A DNA stretch of 59,766 bases, the filler included, from Sphacelaria rigidula (taxonomy: Eukaryota), in NCBI GenBank assembly GCA_964200075.2. It is 9 parts of 9 records of this genome, joined end to end, with 100 filler letters (N's around TTAATTAATTAA, not from the genome) between each part and the next. Parts side by side here need not be neighbours in the genome. Positions count along the whole stretch, not along the records: positions 46,565 to 53,115 come from CAXNAA020019396.1; positions 53,216 to 59,766 come from CAXNAA020019397.1; 7 more parts are not named here. One strand, 5' to 3'. A program made the position numbers and the translations under genes. Under the pieces are notes generated by a model, which searched no databases, was not told where the DNA came from, and worked only from the letters and a program-made list of their open reading frames with translations. Positions 51,113 through 59,766 of this stretch are shown in pieces. The number at the start of each line of letters is the position of its first letter. Position 1 is the stretch's first letter.

Positions 51113-51689
51113 CAAACGTGATTAGGATAGAGTAAGATACTCCAGGCACCTACTCTGAATATTAGTGAGTATTTTCGGTACCCAGTAGTCCAGCTTATAC
51201 CTGTAGTGTCGACTGTGGGAGATACTGGGGATCCTGGAGAACCTGGAGTGTCCATTACAAAAATACTGGACATTGCCGACGAGTACCATGGAGTATCTAT
51301 TATTGATGCTGAATGAAGGGAGTATTCCAGGGAAAGTGAGGTATCGAATGCCGAAATCTTGTATTCTTTTATTGATTGTCGCACTTCAACCGACCCCCCA
51401 GGGGTCCTGTCGTGGTCGCACGAAAGACGTGCCGAGGAAAAGCATAATTGAAACACTCGCTGGAGAAAATGAGGAACAGAAAAAAAATCGAAGAGACCGA
51501 CACTGTAGACTCAGACGTAATAAAAATACGATAAATAAAAAGCTGACAAAAGCAAAGCATAGAAAGAAATGGCCGACCTAGAACAAAAAACGGGAAAAGG
51601 AGGAAAGAAGGGAAAGTCGAGGTAGGAAAAGAGCAAAAAAATGGAATAAATCAATAAAAATCAATGGAAAAAGCCCAAGGGATTCACCG

Positions 51690-52990
51690 CAGCAGAGTAG
51701 ATATAGACACACACCAGTGGGCACCGCAGAGCCATCGACTAAGGACATGATCAACAACAGATATGAGCAGACAGAATTCTTCTACTGGCGATCCTCGACG
51801 CAGCAGCCTCTCGCTTGTGACGGAGGTCTCAATGTCGTTTGTCCGCGCGTCGCCACGTGTCCCCCAAACACTTCCGCACCTTTTTCGACTCCAATATGCC
51901 ATTAGCCCATGTTTTTCGCCGCAGTGACTCAATCGTATGCGTCGGTAACGTCTACACCATATACGAACCACTTCCGTCGGTCTCCTTTGTGCGGGACAGC
52001 CCCTCGCGCACGTGGGTTCTCCGGTAGGCTATCTTGCTTGGGGGGGTGGCCGGCCTCCTTGGGTCCTCGTATGGAAAGCCGACAATTCATGACGCCGTTA
52101 GAAAGGCGTGTGTCCTTCTGCCGGACAAGGGCTCCCGTGAACCAGAGTTGTTGACATTTGCGGATAGTCGTCTCGATACGTTCGCAGTTGGTCATCTCGA
52201 GCACCGCTCTGTACGAAAACGTCTTGTAGCCATTTCCTGCGGAATCCAACCACTCGTAGCGAGAGCTGATGATGGGCATTCCGCAGACTGTCAAAGTCCT
52301 CAGAACGTAGCGTCCATGTGGCACATCCATACAACAGAGCTTCTACCACCTCTGCTTCAAGCAGTCCAACTTTCAAGGATAGCTCGGCGTTTGGTCGGTC
52401 GTGGAGTTGAGAGCTCTATTTTCGGATACACGCCCACGCTGATACGGCGGTTGATTTCGATGGACATTTTCGCATCCGCGCTGATAGCTCCACTAAGGTA
52501 GATGGACTTCCCCGTCTGCTTCTCCCGTTGACCGGCAGCTTTGATATCTAGTTTGGCCTCCGTTGGACTGGGTACTGACCAAAGGTGCATGGAGTCTGTC
52601 TTGCTCTCGGGGACCATCAGGCCTAATTCTTGGCAGGTCATTATTATCACGGCCATCATTTGAGCAAGACCTTTTGAGGTCATCGAGGCTATGTCGGCGT
52701 CGTCCAGATAAAGCATTGCCCACACCGTGCGTCGCACCATTTCCAGCGGTGTCTCTTTCACGGGTTCACCACCGCCACCTTTCGGCGCATCATCGAGAGA
52801 AACCAAGTCTGAGACTATGAGCGAGTCCGCCGCAAACCGTTGAATGATCACTTCCACCAAGCCTGCTCCGAAGATGTTGAACAACAGCGGAGACGAAACG
52901 CAACCTTGTCGGAGTCCCTAGAAGACGTGGAACCACGCTGATAGTTCGCCACATCTAGCTGTACGCAAGCTTGCATGCGTCGTGAAACAC
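51690..52990 (-). pseudogene. 5'-truncated RTE-type LINE RT remnant
   Basis: LRQGC.SSPLLFNI, MLYLDDA, YLSG.IS, LLYGCATW, IETTIRK.QLWF.GALVRQ; frameshifted. Confidence 0.88.
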
Positions 52991-53044
52991 ACGGGTGGCC
53001 ACTGGAGTCTGTAACCTGGCCATTTTGGGACCTTATCCACATTT

Positions 53045-53115
53045 AACGGCCGATTTGATATTTTGGGGTTCATACAAAATATGGGGTTGAAGTGGCATAT
53101 CTCTCTTGCACGGAA
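53045..53115 (+). mobile_element. Left end of an AAC(A/G)G-type MITE at contig end
   Basis: AACGG-N14-TGGGGTTCA..(18 bp)..TGGGGTTGAA. Confidence 0.6.
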
Positions 53116-53215
53116 NNNNNNNNNNNNNNNNNNNNNNNNNNNNNNNNNNNNNNNNNNNNTTAATTAATTAANNNNNNNNNNNNNNNNNNNNNNNNNNNNN
53201 NNNNNNNNNNNNNNN
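53116..53215. other. Artificial contig linker
   Basis: 44N-TTAATTAATTAA-44N. Confidence 0.99.
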
Positions 53216-53290
53216 AAAGTGTGGGGAAAGCACTGTTTTAGGCTTGAGCCTCATCTCGAAGTTAAACCTCAATTCTCACAATTTGTTGTT
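53216..53290 (-). mobile_element. End of AACAG-type MITE (family of 6480-6552)
   Basis: Near-identical reverse complement of 6480-6552. Confidence 0.8.
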
Positions 53291-53383
53291 CTATAGCTAA
53301 ATCCCCGCGAGAAACACTGCACAGTTTCCCTGAGCCCTGTAGACGTGCCCCACAGGGTGCTACCTGTCCACGTGTGCATGGGC

Positions 53384-54170
53384 TCGACCCGAGGAAGGCG
53401 GAGGATTTAGAGTGCAACAAAAAAACGTGTGCCGATAATATACTGGGCTAAGTACAGCATGCGCCCAAATATTCGGCAGGGAGAAAGTGCCGGCAATGCT
53501 GCCACGTATGATAGCTATGACGGAACGATGAAATATCTTGACGTCTGCGTAGCGTGAGGTTGCCCACTAGACTCAAGTCCCACACCCCCACCAGATGCGT
53601 TGCATTATCTGCGCTACAGGTAGCACTCCCTTGGCTGCTGTGCCCCCTTCCTGAAAAATATTATGGGGGAAATTTTATGCCAAATACGGCGCAACATACT
53701 TGTATGAGTTGCAGACAGGGATGACACACAGCAGAGATTAGTGTGGGCGATTTTCCACGTACTACGACAGCATAAGATCACAAGGTTCTCACAACAATGT
53801 TGTTCGGAAAGGAGGCGCGCCAGCCGACGAGGTGGTTGCTACGTGTAGTACAGAAAGTATAACGCACCTGATGAAAGTATGAGATTCGCGCATGCTGATA
53901 CCGCCGACCCAGCTGGTAACCTCACGGTGCGCAGACGTTGAGATATTTCGTTGTCCCATGACAACTCTCATTCATGGCAGAATCGCCGGCGCATTTCTCC
54001 CCACGAATATTTGGGCACATGCTGTCCATAGCCTATAACATTATCGGCACACGAGCTTCTTTTTCGTCACCCACTATCGGCGCACGACCTTTTCTTTTGT
54101 TCACACTCTAAACTCCTCCCCCTCCTCGGGACGAGTCCGTGGTCTCAAGCGATCAACCCATCTCTCCTCA
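53384..54170. repeat. Inverted repeat pair sharing a module with SINE family 2
   Basis: 53384-53505 is an imperfect reverse complement of 53972-54135; the outer segment matches 55148-55225. Confidence 0.65.
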
Positions 54171-54879
54171 TGTCCTCACGTGTTCGACTGTGTCAATCAT
54201 GACTTCTACCCCATCTCCACATACTTGGAATTGCTATGATCTCCATCAACTCTTCAATTTCTAATCCAAAGCAAAATTAAAAACGGTGACCATGGGATCG
54301 ATTTATTCCCCAGGCCGTGGTGTTCTTCGAGTCGGATTTCCATTGATAATACGCACGAAAGACCCAAGAATTTTCTCCTACTCTCTGTCGTAGGAAGCTC
54401 AGATCGAACGTGGTAATTCCGTAGGTATTGGTGCTCCAAATGGAGAAAAAATAAAGTGTACTGTTGATAAGATTTCGAAGTTTCTCCGCTCTTGAGACCA
54501 ACTCTACTGGGAGCCGTTCAAAACTCCTGTTGAAACCTGCCTTTTGGATCCTTCTCCGTCGTTTTACACCAGAAAAAGAAGGCTTGGCGGATGTTGACAC
54601 CTTGGAGTGACCTGCTCTACTCGTTGAGACCGTTCCTGGGCAACTTTTCATTTTCCGCTGAGCCAGTGTTTTCATCGCCTGACCGCATTTTATTGCAAAG
54701 GTAAGTTTAGCGAGAGACTCAAAGCTACCTTAGAACGGTCTCAACGGGTAGAGCAAGTCATTTCAAGGCGCCAACATCCGTTTAGCTCTCTTTTCGGGCG
54801 TAAAACAACGGAGAAGGACCTAAGGGGCAGTTATCAACTGGATTTTTGAATGGCCACCATTAGAGGTGACCCTGCTAGT

Positions 54880-55240
54880 GACGATCCCAAGGAGGCGGTA
54901 CAGAATGACTCCAAATCATGGTGTACTGGTCCGCCTGTCGCCATCCATCAGGGTGGAGAGAACGAGGGTTCGAGTCCCGATGCGTTGGGTCTTTGTTCTT
55001 CCAAGTACAAGTATCTGATTTCCACCGTCCAGAGCAAGAGAACGTGAGTAAACAAAACGCAGTCGACTGAGTTCGTTTGACGAGAGTTGACGTGGTGTGG
55101 TAGTGCTGACCCAACCCGCGAGACCAAAATGCAAGGCGTGTACCGGGCAGAGATGGGTTGATCCGTCGAAGCCACGCACTCGTCCCGAGGAAAGGGAGGG
55201 GTTCAAAGTGCGACAAACAAACGGAAATGAATAAAGAATT
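54880..55240 (+). mobile_element. tRNA-derived SINE (family 2)
   Basis: Box A TGGTGTACTGG 54919-54929, box B GGTTCGAGTCC 54967-54977, non-tRNA body, A-rich end. Boundaries approximate. Confidence 0.6.
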
Positions 55241-55246
55241 CGTCCC

Positions 55247-55802
55247 GGGTAGTCCAAGGAATATACGCGAACATGTGGCTGCCAAACTCAAGAACCTCAA
55301 ACAGTATTTATCAAGATTCCCGAAACAAAATTTCCTACGAGCTGGTTCAGATTGAACGCCCGAAATTCATTCCCCGGGATTTCCTCACGCTGTTTTTTCG
55401 AGTTAGACCACGAAAAGTGGCAAATTTGTTTTGAGGGCACCATCTAAAACTCGAAGACCGCCTTTTTTTCTTTGTTGGTGTCGAGATAGTCGGGATCTGA
55501 ACCCTCCCCCGGTCAAGTAGGTCAACCGCAACCTTGGATAAAAAGCCACCAAAAAAATAAAACGGTCTTCGACTTCTAGATGGTGCCCTCCAGAACATGT
55601 GTGCAAATTTTCGTGGTCTCACTCGAAAAAATGGCGAGAGGAAATGCCGAAACGTGCGCTGAAGTATAAAAAAGTGTGTAAATACTTGATTAAAGTACAG
55701 AAACGCCCTTTCGGGGGGGTTGTTTTCACGGTAAAAGACCGAGCCGATTCAGGTCTTCGAGTTGAGCAACGAAAATTGGTACACATGTTCCTTGGGATAC
55801 CG
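55247..55802. mobile_element. Foldback MITE
   Basis: GGTAGTCCAAGGAA..TTCCTTGGGATACC termini; inner arms 55395-55480 / 55545-55630 are inverted. Confidence 0.7.
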
Positions 55803-56606
55803 CCTAACCCTGAGATGTCAAAATGTTGGTGTTGGGGCATTCTGTACCGGTTACCTGGGGTCTCCATGCTGGGACCCCCGGAAGCCGGTAGAGAACGGAT
55901 AAACTTTGAAATCTTGCCAATAATATAACTTTCCCGTTTGGAGCATCAATACCTACGGAACTGCCAAGTTTGAGGATGATCTGAGCTTTTCTTCAACAGA
56001 TAAAAGGGAAATCGTCTCGAGCCTCCGTGGGTCTTTCGTACGTACCATGAAAGGAAATTAGACGACGCCAAAGCTCCACATAACCGAAACATTACGGTTT
56101 TAGGCAAAATTCGACCCCGTTGGAACCGTTTTCAAATCTGTTTCTGCCGTCAGATTCCCAAGCCGATGATAATTACAACGATTTGAACCATGTGGAGATT
56201 CGGTGGAAATTGGGCTTGGATTTCGTGTTCACAATTTCGGAACCATTTGAAAGGCGCTATATGAACGAGACATATGATTATCCATAGCACCACCGCTATT
56301 CCATAGCACCACCGCTATAGCCTTGGACAAAAATCCGGTCATGTCACCCTTTTCGTCTGTTCATTGCGGTCAGTATGATACCACATTTGTGCATATTGGC
56401 TGGGTATTGCGTTCGTCGTTAGCCGGAGAATACATTTTGGGTATCCAATCTGAACCAGCTTGTAAAGTCGAGCAGTTGGGCGTTTGCACGTTTCCAGCTC
56501 ATTTCATTTCATGAATTTTCATAACTTCACGCCGTTTAGCAGTTAGACCATGAAATGTTGTACGCACGTACAATGGGTCATCACAAAAACTTTCGATGGA
56601 TAATTT

Positions 56607-56954
56607 CAAGGGCAGGTCGAGTAGAGTATACTCAATACTCATTATTTTCGAAGAGTCATACTTTTAGAACTCGAAATTTGAGTAGAGGTTTGAGGCCGTA
56701 GTCAATCTACTACAAAGTTGAGTAGAGTGTTTGAGGCCGTACTCTCGACCTACTCGAAATTTGAGTAGAGTATCAAAGGCATACCCAAGTGATACTCTAT
56801 ACCCAAATATTACTGAGAGTGCTTACTCAATGTTTGGGTAGAGTATTGGAGGTCGTGCTCGATCTCCTCAACAATTGGGTAGAGCATTTCAGGCCGTACT
56901 CGACCCGCTCAAAATTCGAGTAAAGTATTTGAGGTCGTACTCGACCTGCCCTTG
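56607..56954. mobile_element. hAT-like MITE with ~40-bp internal GAGTAGAG/TACTC repeats
   Basis: Perfect 17-bp TIR CAAGGGCAGGTCGAGTA; left flank GATAATTT, right flank GATA(TA)nTTT. Confidence 0.85.
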
Positions 56955-58294
56955 GATATATATATATATATATATATATATTTCATTCTTCGCCGGTTTT
57001 GGGGGGTCTCACGGGATTCACCGTCCCCAGAAAAGGCCAACGAGAACCCCTGGAACCCCCGGAAACGTGTAAAACAACAACAAGTAAAAAACCTTGTCCA
57101 TCGAAAGTTTTATCACGACCCGTAGCAGATTTGTGCAAAATGTCGATGACATGGTCTATCTCCCAATAACGGCGTGAAGGTTCGCCGATGAATAGTTTTA
57201 CAGAGGTTCGAAATTTCAGCAAAAAATGAATAGTTTCATAAGTCCATAAAAACAAAAACAAGGTCGCTTCAGTCAACAATATTTTACTCACGTGCAGCAG
57301 ATACCTGTAAAATTGCGTCTCAAAACTCCTTCAACAGAACTTCACTCGCAACGTTTTGTGTGACACCGCTGTGTCCTGGTAATGTGATGAGGGAGACTCC
57401 AGGTATGGGGATCACGACCTCAAATCCCTACAGATACGTTTTGTTGGCGGGATATAGTTCCGTCGTTGAGGGCGCGTATAATCCAGTACATGATTTTGTT
57501 TTGCAGGCAAGCGTGCATCACCAGGTTAGTCCGTTGCTCATCGCAATAGACTTACATCAGGTTGGTCCGGGAATCTGAAAAAAAAAGTTGCGTCTTGAGG
57601 TATGCACATTTTGCAGGTGGCCCAGCTCGTGAACGAATATATCCCCCATGAATTGATGAATATTTGTACTGGGCCGACATTGCAGAGGAGGAATAGGCGC
57701 GCAAGCACTTGGCTTAAGTACGACATGTCGGCAACGAGAAAACACACCAAAACGCAGAATCGCGGGTTAACAGCAGAAACCAGCAGTAAACTACGCTATT
57801 GGAAGGGGAGTCGTGCGACTTCATTTGCAAAATCAGGGACGACTTAGAGACGACTCCCACGACTGCATTGGAAACGTGCGTTACGACGACTCAGAGTCGA
57901 CTCCTACAATGAATTTTCAAAATGGACGACGACCAATCCAACGACCACGACTCCTACGACTCAGATTCGCAGGTGTCGAACGTGTGAACATTTATCGGTG
58001 AGCTATTCGCTGCCCGAGGCGTTGTCATGGAGAGGTGATAATTCCACAAAGGGCGTTTGTTTTTTCGTGTTTTCATGAACCGCTGGTGTTTTTAGGGCGT
58101 GAGCACACCCGAAAGTTGTTCAAAGTTTCAGTCGGTGACGAAATAGTTTTCGTCTGAGTTGAATGATCGATTGTTACACAATCAATTTATCCCCGGAGGA
58201 CCCAGTCGTGGTCCCCGGATGGAGGTAGTCAAGGTGAACGAAACGGAATCGCTCTCTTCAAACGAAAGTGTGGGGGGGGAAATTAGGAGAGAAC

Positions 58295-58542
58295 TGTGAC
58301 GCCAGCCAGAGGGAGGACTGGTGTATCGTTGCTGTTGAGGGACTCCCCAGTCTTACTGGCCTCAGTTTCAGTTGTCAGCCTTTACAACATCCTCATGATC
58401 ATGGAGTGCCGTTCCGAGGCACCCACCTAGACACGCCAGGGTATCAACCTAGTGTCGCCGGCCATTATCCAGATCATCACTACCAACGGTCATTATACAG
58501 ATCATCACTACCAACTCAACATAACGGCGTAATTTCGTCACA
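58295..58542 (-). repeat. 3' LTR (248 bp) of a chromovirus
   Basis: TGTGACG...CGTCACA inverted termini, preceded on the minus strand by a G-run PPT and the integrase end. Confidence 0.75.
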
Positions 58543-58599
58543 GCACCCCCAAAGCGCATTGGACGAAACTCGATCAACAAGCTTGACACATAAAAAATG

Positions 58600-59690
58600 C
58601 CAAAACGATGATTAAGTCTCAGTTGAAAACCAAACTCACTTGAAATGTGAGCAGCAACGGCAGGAGTCACGCGCAATTTACGCGACTGCTTCGCAACAAA
58701 GTCCGGAGCTGCCTCAAAAGTATCCTTGGAAGGCTCCCACGTACGCTCCTCAATTTCGAAAGCAACCCAGTCGATCAATACCATCAACGAACGATCGTCT
58801 GCCTGTGCCACTCGGACAATACCAGCTATCTGAAATTGCCCCTGGTTGAAAGCATGCTGGAACCCGTCCTCAACGTCAGCCGTAACATTAAGCTGCGAGT
58901 CTGCATAAAAACGCAAACGAGCTACACGGGCGGTCTGAACACGACCCGAAACAATGTTTTGAATCTTAAACACGTGCCGGTAGTGAGCACCAACCACTCT
59001 TCACGGACCAGTCCACGTTGCCATCAACTTGGGCGAGGCACTCGGACGACGCACACATGCATACAAGACATGGTCGCCTCCCTCGAAATTCGGCAGTTCC
59101 AACCCCGACGAGGACCTTTCACGTCTACGCGCACGTTCAGCGGCAACACGTTCTTGCACTTGAATGTGGAAACGTTCTTGAAAGTCCAAGACTCCTTGCA
59201 GTGCACGCGTGATTTGAACATCATCGTCCAAAGCATCACATTTCAATTCCCCCGCCGACGAAGATGCCAGCACCGAGAAAGACGTCCGAGGAGCACCACC
59301 AAACATCACGTGGTACGGCGTATTATCGTACCGACGACGATACGCTGTATTTGCGCCCATTGCATCGCAGGCAAAACGTCCACCCACTCAGAAACCGATC
59401 TACGCTGCTCGAGAAGAATAGAGCGAAGAGCACGAACTACTTCCTTGACCATGCGTTCGTACGTGCCTTTAGATCACGGAGAGTACTCCACCGCAAACTG
59501 GTGATCAAAGCGTAATTCCTCTCGCAATCGGGCCAAGATCGCGTTCTTGAAATGCGTGGCGGTATCACTCACCCACACACGCGGCACCCCCAAAGTTTTG
59601 CACCATTTTAGCAAAGACGCAGCAGTCGATTCAGCTGTACACACTGCTACTGGTTCCAGGGCCACAAAGTTGCTCAAATTATCCATGATT
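58600..59690 (-). pseudogene. Decayed Ty3/gypsy integrase with C-terminal chromodomain
   Basis: D.LS.FV.L, GVP..WVSD.ATHF, YSP..KG..ER, TPY..MFG..PR, KL..TWTGP, LIDWVAF..EERTWEP; in-frame stops. Confidence 0.92.
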
Positions 59691-59693
59691 AAG

Positions 59694-59766
59694 CCGGTCG
59701 CCCCGGTGGCTCAGTTGGTAACCACGTAACCTTCTGATGGTTGAGTTGGGGGGTTCGATTCCCGGA
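59694..59766 (+). mobile_element. tRNA-derived SINE head (family 1) inserted in the integrase, truncated by contig end
   Basis: Same 5' end as 19733; box A TGGCTCAGTTGG, box B GGTTCGATTCC; stem-loop with a CTG anticodon-like triplet. Confidence 0.8.

Larger units (their letters stand above)
54190..56240. mobile_element. Large old foldback element, right arm interrupted by a SINE and a MITE
   Basis: 54545-54640 is inverted at 54725-54825, 54340-54490 at 55895-56045, and 54205-54305 at 56105-56215. Confidence 0.7.

Noticed and set aside
54277..54675. 132-aa minus-strand ORF
   Set aside because: Lies within one arm of a foldback element whose other arm is not coding.
58647..59504. 285-aa plus-strand ORF
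   Set aside because: Antisense shadow of the integrase gene.
43252..59690. Joining gag-RT of contig 7 with the integrase of contig 9 as one element
   Set aside because: Different contigs and different LTR sequences; related lineages at most.
59694..59766. Functional tRNA gene (also 19660-19733 and 54910-54990)
   Set aside because: D-arm and acceptor pairing are poor, the heads continue into repeat bodies, and one copy interrupts an integrase; these are SINE heads.

Overview
This is eukaryotic, intron-containing, transposon-rich DNA, most likely from a brown alga or related stramenopile. That assignment is inferred from GT-AG exon structure, TTAGGG-type repeats, a dynein-like gene and the style of the Ty3/gypsy and LINE proteins. 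It is not one locus. It is nine unrelated contigs of 6552 bp (x7) and 6551 bp (x2), joined by an artificial 100-bp linker (44N-TTAATTAATTAA-44N), so nothing can be inferred across the linkers. Host genes: four minus-strand exons of a highly divergent, insertion-rich dynein heavy chain-like gene, the first exons of a low-complexity protein gene, and scattered exons of unidentified genes. Retroelements: three decayed Ty3/gypsy fragments, two APE-type LINE pieces, one RTE-type LINE and two tRNA-derived SINE families. DNA transposons: many non-autonomous elements (hAT-like, CACTA, Sola-like, foldback MITEs), often nested. Most notable observations: (1) a chromovirus integrase with a chromodomain followed by a second, Tudor/PWWP-like module; (2) a set of different MITE families sharing a fixed end architecture AACAG-N14-TGAGGTT..-(18 bp)-TGAGGTT with 4-bp TSDs; (3) the expanded dynein-like gene with a 3.27-kb exon; (4) a conserved stem-bulge-stem motif near the 3' end of two otherwise dissimilar short LTRs, one of which lacks a tRNA PBS. 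No prokaryotic-type system, CRISPR array or intact transposase was found.
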